Source: Acidobacteriota bacterium (lineage in GTDB: Bacteria; Acidobacteriota; CAIWXX01). From it: a DNA stretch of 64,000 bases. Location of the stretch: positions 1-64,000 of the forward strand of contig JBFMAF010000052.1 in assembly GCA_040755995.1 (NCBI GenBank), given 5' to 3'. This document shows, piece after piece, positions 19,520 through 29,656 of the stretch (positions are counted from its first letter, which is position 1; each line of letters opens with the position of its first letter). The notes beneath the pieces were generated by a model. That model saw only the letters and a list, made by a program, of their open reading frames with translations. It was not told where the DNA came from and searched no databases. A program made the position numbers and the translations under genes.

Positions 19520-21274
19520 CTACTCGAAGGGCGGTGCCGAGGGGAGATATACCGTGTAGGATTTGAGCTCGAGAAATGGTCTGTAGTTGCGAGCCACGGC
19601 CAGCGCCACAGGCTCCTGCGCGATGTTGTTCACCCCGTAATCAAGAATCCTGGCATCGTCGTTATCAATCAGCATCTCCACCACCCGGTCCCGGATCACC
19701 ATCGACGCCTGCCGCTCCTCCAGATCCTGCACCATTTCGGCGACCTGTTCAGGGCTGTGGTAGCCCGGGAGGGTGCCGTTGTACTTGACCGCGCTGGTGC
19801 GCCCGCTGAGAGCGTATAGGTGGGCAGACCAGTAGTAGACGAAGATGGGCGATCGGGAAGGCGTGTAGCGCGCGATAGCATCGAGCACGGTCGAGACATC
19901 AGACGCGAACTGGGGATCGGTTGACCAGAAACGGCCCAACGGTGTGTGTATGTAAGAGCGTATCGACCTCCCGGCAACTGCACTACCGTAGGCCCTGAGG
20001 TATCGCGCAGTCAGGTCCAGGTAGGCAGTGGTGAGCAGGAGGAAGATCGTAAGACCGGCAAGACTCCTCAGTGCAGGGCGCCCGACCCGCGGCGGCCAGA
20101 TACTCAGGCTCACCGACAGGCCCTTCCTTCCATCGTCAAGTGTCGCCCGTGTAAACTCCCACCGGGCCTTTGGGAAGGACATCACAGGGAACGCTTTCAC
20201 AGGGAGCGTTATTCCTGGCACTATCGCGAGCAGGAATACATGGGTGAGGGTCGAATCCTGCGCTATGTTCCAGAAGACAGGATGCGCGAGGGCTGTGGCA
20301 AAGAGGGCTGCCGCCATTGTCCAAACGATACCGTGAACCGCCACCCGCACCTGTACATCGGCTTCCGTTGGATGCGCCCACGCCGATCTCACGAAGCTCA
20401 TCAGCCCGATCGCGAGTGCCACAGGAGGCGCGTAGCCAATGAAAGCCAGATAGATCAGGTCCCAGAGGGGCCGCCAGCCCGGCATCGCGAGCCAGGCTGC
20501 GGCCATGAGATCGGTCCCGCCCTGGAAGTACTCGACCTTCGAAAACGGAGAATACTCCGAAAAGACCCATTTCCAGGTACATTGATAAGCCGCGAGTAGA
20601 GCACCGTGCGAAGCGAGATACGCCAGAAGTGCACCGAGCGGGGCCGCCATGCCCGCGGCGAAACCGAGCACGGGTTTCACCAGAGGCAGCCCGTGCCTCC
20701 AGGGCAACCAGACGGCCAGCCAGAACAACACCGCGATCGCCATCAGGATACCGAGGTGCTGCGTCGTACATATGGCGGCTCCCGTCACGGCTCCGATGGC
20801 CGGGCTCATCCATTGCCTGCGCTCCTCGACGTACCGCACCAGAAGGTAGGCGGCGATGAGCAAAAGGAGGTGGCTGAGCGTGTGATGCGACGTGGCCCAC
20901 CAGGTCTTCTGCCTGGCCACCACGACGAACAGCAACGCCGGCAGAAGGGCGAGAGAAGCGCGCCGGAGGACCCGGTGGCTCAGCCAGTAGACGAGACATA
21001 CTTCGATGAGGTAGATGGCGAACAGCGTATACCGGACAGACATGATGTGCTCGCCCGCAAGCTGCCAGATCCACTTGATGAAGAAGAAGACCCCGGGCGT
21101 GATGTGCTCGAAGAAATCCCGATAGATCACATCGCCGTGCAGCAGCCTTCTGGCCTCGTAGTAGTACAGCCCCTCATCCAGGGCGAGGAAACACCACCGA
21201 TATACGATCGAGCCAAGCCCGCAGAACGTGACCAACGCCAGGTAGGGGAACAGACCCGCGATACGTGAAAGCAT
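19520..21274 (-). CDS. GT-C fold membrane glycosyltransferase, paralog 3
   Basis: LDEGLY...IYRDFFEHITPG; CTTQHLG; PIFVYYWSAHLY; start uncertain (21274 or 21454). Confidence 0.75.
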   Translation of the reverse strand: MLSRIAGLFPYLALVTFCGLGSIVYRWCFLALDEGLYYYEARRLLHGDVIYRDFFEHITPGVFFFIKWIWQLAGEHIMSVRYTLFAIYLIEVCLVYWLSHRVLRRASLALLPALLFVVVARQKTWWATSHHTLSHLLLLIAAYLLVRYVEERRQWMSPAIGAVTGAAICTTQHLGILMAIAVLFWLAVWLPWRHGLPLVKPVLGFAAGMAAPLGALLAYLASHGALLAAYQCTWKWVFSEYSPFSKVEYFQGGTDLMAAAWLAMPGWRPLWDLIYLAFIGYAPPVALAIGLMSFVRSAWAHPTEADVQVRVAVHGIVWTMAAALFATALAHPVFWNIAQDSTLTHVFLLAIVPGITLPVKAFPVMSFPKARWEFTRATLDDGRKGLSVSLSIWPPRVGRPALRSLAGLTIFLLLTTAYLDLTARYLRAYGSAVAGRSIRSYIHTPLGRFWSTDPQFASDVSTVLDAIARYTPSRSPIFVYYWSAHLYALSGRTSAVKYNGTLPGYHSPEQVAEMVQDLEERQASMVIRDRVVEMLIDNDDARILDYGVNNIAQEPVALAVARNYRPFLELKSYTVYLPSAPPFE

Positions 21275-21727
21275 CGCGTCGCGGTCCACGGGCCGGTCCG
21301 CCTGAACCTGCGGTCTCAATGAGGGTGGTCTCCTGGCATCCGGCTGCGGCAGCGGTACCTCGGCCTTACAGCCCCAGCGCTGTGGTGATTCCCGCAAGTC
21401 TTCGGCCGCATAGTCCGAGGATGTCTCCGATTCCAAAACGCTTCTTGCGATCATACCACAACCCACAGTGGTGGCGCTGACGCACCGGCCAGAGAACCAG
21501 AGAGAGAAGCTGCTGCCTCCATATCTCAAGTCCCAGCCTTGCTTGTCGGACGCAGCGACCTCTCTCAGGGGTGGGGGTCAGGTCCCACTGTTCGGCGGTG
21601 TTGCCGGGTGACACCTACTCCGCTACAATCCGCCCTGACAGCATGTGCATGAGAACTGGGTTGGGACGGTGGCCCTGTAACTATCTCGATGTGTCCCGGC
21701 CGCCGCATCCGGCGCTCCGAGGATAGG

Positions 21728-23653
21728 ATGATGTCTCGCCTGCGACTCGCCTTGGCGCTGGGGGTTCTTCTACTGTTGATCCTGCTGGGGCTGTGCCTTT
21801 GGATGATCTACGGGCACGGCGGTCCGGGGTCCACGTCGCGGGACGAGAATCTGCGGACGGGAGGCACGCATCCCGACTCTTCCGCTCTTCTCCATCAACT
21901 CGTCCCCCCGTTTGATCACAGCGGAGGTCATCTCTACGTTGCCAAGATGCCGCCCGACTGGCCGTCGGACAGCTCGGAAGAACGCGAACTCTCCGCTGTC
22001 CGCCTGTGTGAGAACGGAAAGGAGCTGGGGCCAGCCCACGCGCCACACGCCGCCATCGCCGCCAAGGGGGGCGGACAGTTCTCGCACTGGAACGGCAATC
22101 TCTACTTCTCGACAGGCGACAACACAGATCCGAACTCCAATGGAAGGACCTATGCTGCCGAGCTCGAACGTCTGATGGGGATCGAAGAGCTGGCCTTCCG
22201 CCCGCGAGTCGGAAGCAACGTTTTCGAGGAGCTGGATCGGATAAGGCGGGAGACTGCGCGCGCAGCTTCATTCAAGAAACCGCGACCAGCCGGCCGGCCC
22301 CGGCTTGTCTACTGGTTCACAATCGATGCTCAGCGAGCCGACGTCTGCGGGTCCCGCTCGAACGGTACCCCGATCATGCCGGCCCTGGAAGAATTCAGAC
22401 GCGAGTCAGTGACGTTCTCGAACGCTTACGCCCAGGGCGGCTTCACCAAGATCTCTGTCGCGTCGATGTTCACGGGGCTCTGGCCCGGCCGGCACGGCGT
22501 GATGGGAGGATACATCGCCACGCCGAACCGCACTGCAAGCGGCGACAACGCACTTCGCGTCTTCAGCCTCGACCCTCGGTTTTGCACCTTACCGGAGCTC
22601 ATGGCCGACAGCGGCTATGAGACATGGACGCATGAGTTCACGGTCCACGTCGAGCCTGGCGATGGCATGCTCCAGGGATTCGACCATCTGGACCTCAAGA
22701 CGGACGGATCCGACCCATTGGGCGAGGTGCCCCCATTCCTGTTTGTGTACGAGCACATTCTGGGAGGACACGCTCCATACGACCCGTCGCCCCTGGCGCG
22801 GGATCTGCTTGCCCTCAAGCCTCCCAGTCGCATCGACCCGTCCAGCACCGGCTGGTTCACCGACACCATCGATCGGGCGCAGGCCGAGGAGCTCAGGGCC
22901 GCGTATCTGGGCGACCTGAATGACGCCGATCGGATATTCGCGAAGACAATGACCTGGATACGATCGAAGGGGCTTTGGGACGACGCCATGGTCATCGTGA
23001 CTTCCGATCACGGGGAGGCCTTCCTGGAACACGGGTCCAAGCAGCACGACTCCACCCTGTACGAGGAGATCGTTCGCGTGCCATTGTCGATCAGGTTCCC
23101 AAAGAGCTGCAGGTTCTCTTCCCGCCATGGTTCCACAGTGAAGCATCGAGTTCGACTCATCGATCTCTACCCTACGATTCTGTATCTGGTCTCCGGATCG
23201 GGGCCGCCCTACGGCATCGACGGCCGTTCACTCGGGCCAATCCTGGACGGAAGCGAGACGGATCCACTGGAGAGGGACGTGCTCATGAGGCAGGCTCACG
23301 TCAGAGAGCTAGAGGGGTCCGCCGGGCGGTCGCCGTCCTTGCTCGTTTGTGACGCCGTCATCTCGGGTACGCTGAAGGCCCAGATGGGCTACCGGAATCA
23401 GACTTCCTCCAATGTGGGGGAGCCGCTCTACAGGCGGGGCGAATGGTACGCGGAGCTCTATGACCTCGCGGCCGACCCACACGAGCTCTGCAATATCATC
23501 CGGGACCGCCCGGACGATTTCCGCCGCCTGGCAGCCCTGGCGCTGGATTCCACGGCTCCTCTGGCCTTCCGGCGCGGCGCAGCCGGCCTGTCTGGACAGG
23601 AACTCGCGCGCGATCTGCTCGAAGAGCTCCGTTCTCTCGGCTATGCCGACTAG
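21728..23653 (+). CDS. Membrane-anchored sulfatase / alkaline-phosphatase-superfamily protein with a Thr at the nucleophile position
   Basis: N-terminal TM; TIDAQRAD, FTKISVASMFTG, HAPY, TSDHGE, ELYDLAADPHE, LRSLGY motifs. Confidence 0.85.
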   Translation: MMSRLRLALALGVLLLLILLGLCLWMIYGHGGPGSTSRDENLRTGGTHPDSSALLHQLVPPFDHSGGHLYVAKMPPDWPSDSSEERELSAVRLCENGKELGPAHAPHAAIAAKGGGQFSHWNGNLYFSTGDNTDPNSNGRTYAAELERLMGIEELAFRPRVGSNVFEELDRIRRETARAASFKKPRPAGRPRLVYWFTIDAQRADVCGSRSNGTPIMPALEEFRRESVTFSNAYAQGGFTKISVASMFTGLWPGRHGVMGGYIATPNRTASGDNALRVFSLDPRFCTLPELMADSGYETWTHEFTVHVEPGDGMLQGFDHLDLKTDGSDPLGEVPPFLFVYEHILGGHAPYDPSPLARDLLALKPPSRIDPSSTGWFTDTIDRAQAEELRAAYLGDLNDADRIFAKTMTWIRSKGLWDDAMVIVTSDHGEAFLEHGSKQHDSTLYEEIVRVPLSIRFPKSCRFSSRHGSTVKHRVRLIDLYPTILYLVSGSGPPYGIDGRSLGPILDGSETDPLERDVLMRQAHVRELEGSAGRSPSLLVCDAVISGTLKAQMGYRNQTSSNVGEPLYRRGEWYAELYDLAADPHELCNIIRDRPDDFRRLAALALDSTAPLAFRRGAAGLSGQELARDLLEELRSLGYAD

Positions 23654-23760
23654 CCCGCTCAGAACGGCACTCGCAGCAGCTGAAAGGGCGCGTTGGGGGT
23701 TGGAACGGCCTGCCACGAGTCGTTGCGGTCGAGGTGAACGGTCGTCCAGATCTGCGCGTT

Positions 23761-25491
23761 CTATCGCTGTCGGATGAGGCCAGGGCCATCTGACGACAGA
23801 CCGGGCTTCGCATCGGTCGTGGTGGAGTCGTGGCTGCCCACGAGACATCGCGCTATGCTGTCCTTGCGCTGGTAAAGTCTCAGACCGCCGAAGTCCTTCG
23901 CGAGTTCGTAGTGCTGGTGGATGTACTTCATATGCGGCCAGAGGTTTGGATCCTGGTCCTTCAGCTTCAGAAATCTCGGATCTCCCCGCTTCACAAGACT
24001 TCCGATGACGTCGTCGCACAAAACATATTCGGGCCGCGTGGAATCCAGATCACGCACCGCCTCTTGCAGCTGCTCCGGATTGTTGTAGATCGGAATCAGA
24101 CCATCGTACCGCGTGGGATTGCGATAGTCGCCCAGGTGGTAGAGCCAGGCGGACCAATGCACGGCGAAGATGGCGGAGCCGCGGGGAAGTTTCGCCCGGA
24201 GGAACTCCAGCAGAGACGCCTGGCGATGCACACAGGAGGGATCCACCCACAGCGACTGCCCCCGCGCGGCAATGTTGACACGTTGTGTCCGGCGCGTCTC
24301 CCTCACCTGGTGGCTCGCCGCGGCAGAAAGCTGGAGGAACAGAACTGCCAGAGGCGCCGCGCGGATGAGACGCCTCACCTGAGCGTGTGATCGCTCCGTC
24401 CAGTGCCATATCAAGAGGACACAGAGGCCAAGGGCGGCCAGGTAGCCCAACGTCGATGTCTGCACGACCATCATCGGGTTTGGGAGGCCGAAACAGGCGG
24501 CCCATGCAGCCACTGCGAAGATCACCAGCATGTCAAGCTCCCGCCGAGCGTGTGAGTGACCCAAGAGAGCGGGCCACCGCCGCCTCAAGATGGGATACAT
24601 GCAAAATGCGGCGACCTGTCCGTAGCCCAGAAACGCCGCCGTTGTGGCCGAGTCCATCCGGCGAATCAGGCTCCCTGTGCCTCGCAGGGCACGCATGATG
24701 CAGGCTCGACCGTCGAAGTAGGCCACGCCGGTTGCGTTGAAATGGCGGTAGCTGGTAAGCACCCACTCGACGCAGTCGTAGAAGGCAGGGCCCAGAGCGC
24801 CGTGGAAAAGCAGCCACAGAACCACACCCAGCCACACGCCCATGCAGAGCCCGACAATCACCGCTGACTCAAGAAGCCAGCTCCGTCGCGACAGGGGTCG
24901 TGTCACGAAGAGGCAGCCCAGGGCGGCCAGCAGCGTCAGCGCGCCCTGGCTCTGGGTGCAGAGGGTGCATGCGGTGCAGGACAACGCGGCGAGCGGCAGC
25001 GACCACGGCTCTCCCTGGCGGTACCTGAGCAGCAGGAGGAGCGTCAGGTCCGACAGCATGAGGCTCAGCGGATGGTGAGACAGTACCGTGTGCTGCTGGA
25101 TCTGTGGAACCACGTAGAGCAGCGCGAAGAGCGCCGCCGCGAAAGGAACCCGCACGAAACGGCGAGCAAGCGCCCAGAGGATGCACGCATGCACTGCCAT
25201 GACGAGCACCATGAGTGCCCTGAGGCCGGCGATTCCGAGCCCTGGAAAACGCGCCAGGAATCCCAAGAGGTAGAAGTAGCCGGGCGGGAGGAACTCGAAG
25301 AAGTCCCTGTAGATCATCTGCCCGCGACCGATTCGGTCCGCCGCTGTGAGGTATACTCCTTCGTCCATGGCAGGAAAGACCGTGAGTCTGGGGGGGACCA
25401 CAATCCAGAGCAAGACGATCGCGCCTATACAGAACAGGGCACCGGCCACGTACCGAGAGGTGCGTCCAGCCCGCGGTTCAGGCTCACTCAT
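23761..25491 (-). CDS. GT-C fold membrane glycosyltransferase, paralog 2
   Basis: MDEGVY...IYRDFFEFLPPG; CTQSQG; IFAVHWSAWLY; ATG 25491 overlaps the upstream stop. Confidence 0.75.
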   Translation of the reverse strand: MSEPEPRAGRTSRYVAGALFCIGAIVLLWIVVPPRLTVFPAMDEGVYLTAADRIGRGQMIYRDFFEFLPPGYFYLLGFLARFPGLGIAGLRALMVLVMAVHACILWALARRFVRVPFAAALFALLYVVPQIQQHTVLSHHPLSLMLSDLTLLLLLRYRQGEPWSLPLAALSCTACTLCTQSQGALTLLAALGCLFVTRPLSRRSWLLESAVIVGLCMGVWLGVVLWLLFHGALGPAFYDCVEWVLTSYRHFNATGVAYFDGRACIMRALRGTGSLIRRMDSATTAAFLGYGQVAAFCMYPILRRRWPALLGHSHARRELDMLVIFAVAAWAACFGLPNPMMVVQTSTLGYLAALGLCVLLIWHWTERSHAQVRRLIRAAPLAVLFLQLSAAASHQVRETRRTQRVNIAARGQSLWVDPSCVHRQASLLEFLRAKLPRGSAIFAVHWSAWLYHLGDYRNPTRYDGLIPIYNNPEQLQEAVRDLDSTRPEYVLCDDVIGSLVKRGDPRFLKLKDQDPNLWPHMKYIHQHYELAKDFGGLRLYQRKDSIARCLVGSHDSTTTDAKPGLSSDGPGLIRQR

Positions 25492-27136
25492 CTGTGCGCG
25501 CTTCCCCGTCCTTTCGGCGATAGATCGTATACGCCCCAACATGCCCGGCCGGGATGAAGCGCGTGTCACGGTACCTGTTGAACTCCCACGTGCTGATCAT
25601 CGCCGGCGTAATGTGTTGGACGCGTCCGTCCTTTCTTTCCATCCAGCTGCGCAGCACATTGTCCTGCACGATCCACGTCACACGCTCTCGTTCGATGGCG
25701 GCAATCGTCCTGCGCACATTCTCATCGGACACAAATGAGGGTAGCAGGTAGTCCACTGGACCCGGGTTGCGGTACCTTCCCAGGTAGTACACCCATGGCG
25801 ACCAGTTCACCGCGCTCAGAGGGCCTCCTTGTGGTATGCGTTGGGAGAGGAATGTCAGGAGCCGCAACTGGCCTGAATCCTCATTAGTGGGCAGCCATAC
25901 TGATCCCCGCGGCGTCTGGCCTTCCGTCTTCTGCAATGTTGTGTGGTACGAGACGATGTTGTTGAAAACCTTGGCCGTGCGAAGAGGCAGCACACAGACA
26001 AAGAGGATCGCCACCAGCCCGGAGAGCGACAGAAAGGATCGCGCCTTCACCTGTCTGTTCACGCCACGCCAATGCCGGTAGACCCGGTGCGCCAGCGCGT
26101 AGGCCAGCAGGTATCCAGGTACAGAGACGTGAGGCAGCAGACGGTTCGGGGCGATGTGAACCGACGAATACAGCGCTGCGGAGATGATCGCGGCGGTTCC
26201 GATGCAGTGGTGGAACTCTTGAAAGGGCCGTCCCTTGCGTCTCTCCCAGCCGAGGTAGCTCGCCGCCAGGAGGATGCTCAAAGGAGCGGCAAATGTTTCG
26301 AAGAGCGCGAGGGCGAGGTCGACGCCGGCATGGACGGATGGCCCTGCAGTGAGCTCCGCCCAAGTCTGCCGTACCCAGTGAAACCAGTAGTCCTGGCTGT
26401 CGAACTGGGGATACGTGCCGATGACCCAGGAGAACGTGCAGTGGAATGCAGCCGCTGCCGAGCGCGTGAACAGTGCGTAGGCAAGATACAACCCAATGAG
26501 CGGCGTCGCACCGCAGACCAGGCAGCCGACGTCACGCCACGGAGCTCTCTTGTCCGACAGATTCTCGAGCAGGACAACGGCCATGCAGGCCAACAGCAGG
26601 TACGCGCCCAGGTGCTGATTCGTGAGGATGTCCGCCGAGACTAGCAGTCCCACCAGGCACAGGGCGATTCGACTGTGGTTCGCCGCATGCGCGCACAGCA
26701 GGGCGAGGACGGCCAGCTCGAGCAATGCACTGGGACCGTAGTGACTCAACATGTAGTCAGAACGGATCTTCAGCACGATATAGGCCGTCGACGCCACAAG
26801 ACTGAAGACCGGTGACACGTGCAGCTTGCGACATACAAGGTAGACCAGGAGGCTCGATCCGAACAGACACAGGATCATGAGCATCCGCAGCGTGGCGAGC
26901 TCCATGCCAAGCAGAATCATCCAGCGGGAGAGAAGGAAGAAGTATCCGGGGGCGACGAACTGAAAGAAGTCCCTGTAGATGACCTGTCCTTCCACCATCC
27001 TCTGCGCCTGGTACGCATACAGGCCCTCGTCAATACTTGGCCATATGCTGAGAAAAGGGGGCGCGAGTGCCATCAGCGCTGACGTGGACGCGAGAACAGA
27101 CAGCGCGAAGCAGAATCCCGCGCTGGGCTTCAGCAT
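25484..27136 (-). CDS. GT-C fold membrane glycosyltransferase, paralog 1
   Basis: IDEGLY...IYRDFFQFVAPG; LTNQHLG; LSAVNWSPWVY. Confidence 0.75.
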   Translation of the reverse strand: MLKPSAGFCFALSVLASTSALMALAPPFLSIWPSIDEGLYAYQAQRMVEGQVIYRDFFQFVAPGYFFLLSRWMILLGMELATLRMLMILCLFGSSLLVYLVCRKLHVSPVFSLVASTAYIVLKIRSDYMLSHYGPSALLELAVLALLCAHAANHSRIALCLVGLLVSADILTNQHLGAYLLLACMAVVLLENLSDKRAPWRDVGCLVCGATPLIGLYLAYALFTRSAAAAFHCTFSWVIGTYPQFDSQDYWFHWVRQTWAELTAGPSVHAGVDLALALFETFAAPLSILLAASYLGWERRKGRPFQEFHHCIGTAAIISAALYSSVHIAPNRLLPHVSVPGYLLAYALAHRVYRHWRGVNRQVKARSFLSLSGLVAILFVCVLPLRTAKVFNNIVSYHTTLQKTEGQTPRGSVWLPTNEDSGQLRLLTFLSQRIPQGGPLSAVNWSPWVYYLGRYRNPGPVDYLLPSFVSDENVRRTIAAIERERVTWIVQDNVLRSWMERKDGRVQHITPAMISTWEFNRYRDTRFIPAGHVGAYTIYRRKDGEARTDE

Positions 27137-27468
27137 GGCTTCGAGATGATATCACAGGGTCTACCAGATCAGGGGTCACCGACAGCGACTCGAGGCTCGC
27201 TCTCGACCCAACCCCACGGGATGAGGTCCCCGGACCGTTTCCATTCCTGATCGTCCATCAGTATGGCTGGGCGAAGCGGCCTCCCGCCAGTCTGTGACGA
27301 CTCCAGGTACTGGCCGGTCTGAAACCGCACCTCGCTGGGGAGGAGTCTCCAGAGCGGACCACTCAAAACACGTCTTGACAGCCGATGCCGCCAGCAGGAT
27401 ATTCTTGTGTCCGGCATGTCGAATGTGAACTACCCGGTCCCGGATGCTGGTCGTCCTATGAGCTGAGA

Positions 27469-28341
27469 ATGGTTGTATGTCCGAGGTGTGAGGGGGAACT
27501 CGAGGGTGACCACCTCGTCTGCCAGAATTGCGGATTCGTCGCCCGCAACGGGCAAAGGGTCGACTTCCATCCGCGAGAGTCGGCAGATCTCTATTTTGAC
27601 GAGAACGAATTCAGCCATCGGTTCGAGGTTGAACAGAAGCACTACTGGCACCGGGCGCGACGCGGTCTGTTGCTCCGGATCATAGACGCATATGCGTGGC
27701 CCGGGGCCCGTCTGCTGGAGGTCGGCTGCGGCTGTTGTCATCTGTCTGGCGATCTGGCGCGGGCAGGCTACGACAACTGGGCACTCGATCTTTCCGAGGC
27801 GGCATTGCAGTGCGGCATGAAGCAGGGACTGCGTCATCTCTGCAAGGCCTCTGTGAACAGCCTGCCGTTCAGGGAGGAGTTCGACGTGGTCTGCTGCTTC
27901 GATGTCATCGAGCACCTGCCTGACGACCTGCACGCCGTTCGGAACCTGCGCTGCGCCGTGAGAGCAGGTGGGCTGGTGTTGATTGCGGTGCCGGCTCACC
28001 CAGTGCTGTGGAGCTCTTGGGATCGGAAGCAGCGGCATCTGCGCCGATACCGGCGAAGGGATCTGGAGGGACTCATCCGTGCGGGCGGCATGGAGGTGGT
28101 TTCCATTCAGCAGCTATTCACTATACTCTACTTCCCCTCACTCCTAGCGGCGATTGTGGACCGTGCCGTGGGTGGCGATCGCCGGAAACCGGTGTCCCTT
28201 GATCGGCATTACGCCATGTGGAACCCGCCCGTGTTGTCGGGAGTCGCTCACTGGCTCATTTCAGCGGAACGGTACCTCCTCCGTCGCAACGTGCCCCGGC
28301 CCGGCACCACCCTTCTTGCAGTCGCCCGCCGGCCCAACTGA
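27469..28341 (+). CDS. Class I SAM-dependent methyltransferase with N-terminal zinc ribbon
   Basis: CPRC...CQNC; LLEVGCG; FDVIEHL; VPAHPVLWSSWD...HLRRY. Confidence 0.85.
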   Translation: MVVCPRCEGELEGDHLVCQNCGFVARNGQRVDFHPRESADLYFDENEFSHRFEVEQKHYWHRARRGLLLRIIDAYAWPGARLLEVGCGCCHLSGDLARAGYDNWALDLSEAALQCGMKQGLRHLCKASVNSLPFREEFDVVCCFDVIEHLPDDLHAVRNLRCAVRAGGLVLIAVPAHPVLWSSWDRKQRHLRRYRRRDLEGLIRAGGMEVVSIQQLFTILYFPSLLAAIVDRAVGGDRRKPVSLDRHYAMWNPPVLSGVAHWLISAERYLLRRNVPRPGTTLLAVARRPN

Positions 28342-28452
28342 GACCCGCAGCCGCCGTCCCCAACCCGGACGCCTGGTCAGGATCTGCGTTCTTGCGAGGA
28401 GTAGGGGTTCAGGGTTCCCAGTGGTTTAGGGAGATGTGCTAATATCTGCAGA

Positions 28453-28536
28453 ATGTGTGGAATCTGTGACGTCCTCCACGCCGACAGGACTCGGCCCGAC
28501 GGAAGGGTGCGTTCGTACTCTGCAGCAATCGCATGA
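28453..28536 (+). pseudogene. 27-aa remnant starting like a glutamine amidotransferase (AsnB-type MCGIC N-terminus)
   Basis: ATG 28453 gives MCGICDVLHADRTRPDGRVRSYSAAIA; its TGA overlaps the ATG of the next gene (ATGA). Confidence 0.55.
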
Positions 28537-29546
28537 GGCCCTCCCTGCTCCGATATCTCGTTTGCCCCGCGTGCCAGGCTCCGCTGGCACTCGAGACCAC
28601 CAAGGCCCACCTGGATGTGATCGTCGAGGGCCACTTGGACTGCCATCCGTGTGGGAGACGGTTCCCCATCGTCCGAGGCATACCACGGGTGCTGGCGGGG
28701 CCGCTCGAACGAGGGGAGGAAAGGACGTCAGAGGCGTTTGGGTGGCTCTGGCGCGAGTTCGCTGTGCTACACGGGCAGGAAGACTATCGCCGCCAATTCA
28801 TGGACTGGATCCATCCCGTCCAGCCCGAGTTCTTCCGGGACAAGGTGGTCCTGGATGCCGGCTGCGGAATGGGTCGATTCGCCTCGGTCGCGTCGGAGCT
28901 CGGAGCGCGCGACGTGATCGCGTTTGACCTCAGCGAGGCGGTCGAGGCGGCTCAGGCGAACCTCGCCGCCTTTGCGAATGTGCACGTCATCCAGGCGGAC
29001 TTATACCGGCTGCCCCTGTGCCGAGACACGGCCGCTCCAATCGATTTCGCATTCTCGATCGGCGTTCTCCACCACCTCCCTTCGCCCGAGGACGGTTTCA
29101 GCACCATGGTTCGGCATGTGAAGCCGGGTGGCGCCGTGCTGGCGTGGGTGTACGGACGGGAGAACAACGAGTGGATCGTCCGTTGGGTGAATCCCATCCG
29201 CGAGAGGATCACGTCGCAGCTCCCGCCGCGCCTGCTTCGAGCCGGTTCGTTCTGTGTCGCGCTGGCGCTTCATGGGTTACTCAAGGTGCTGTATCGTCCT
29301 GCGCACCGCTGGAGGGACCGACTCCCTTACAGCGCCTACTTGGCATGGCTTTCTCAGTTCCGGTTTCGCCATACGCACGCCGTGATTTTCGACCACCTCT
29401 CCGCCCCCACCACCTGCTACATCCGTCGCGAGGAGTTCCAGGGATGGTTCGATCGCGCCGGACTGACCGACAGGGTCATCACCTGGCGCAATCAGAACAG
29501 TTGGCGCGGCCTCGGCTTCCGCCCAGAACCGCTGCCGCGAGCGTGA
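28533..29546 (+). CDS. Trm112-like domain fused to a class I SAM-dependent methyltransferase
   Basis: LVCPAC...LDCHPC..FPIVRGIPR; VLDAGCGMGR; SIGVLHHLP. Confidence 0.88.
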   Translation: MRPSLLRYLVCPACQAPLALETTKAHLDVIVEGHLDCHPCGRRFPIVRGIPRVLAGPLERGEERTSEAFGWLWREFAVLHGQEDYRRQFMDWIHPVQPEFFRDKVVLDAGCGMGRFASVASELGARDVIAFDLSEAVEAAQANLAAFANVHVIQADLYRLPLCRDTAAPIDFAFSIGVLHHLPSPEDGFSTMVRHVKPGGAVLAWVYGRENNEWIVRWVNPIRERITSQLPPRLLRAGSFCVALALHGLLKVLYRPAHRWRDRLPYSAYLAWLSQFRFRHTHAVIFDHLSAPTTCYIRREEFQGWFDRAGLTDRVITWRNQNSWRGLGFRPEPLPRA

Positions 29547-29656
29547 ACACGCCAGCCCTTTGGACTGAGCGGACCGGCCCTGGTCTGTTGGTCAGCTGCG
29601 CGTGCTATAATTGTCGAGGTGACGGCCAATCCGTGAGGGATTGTTGAGGTGTGGCG

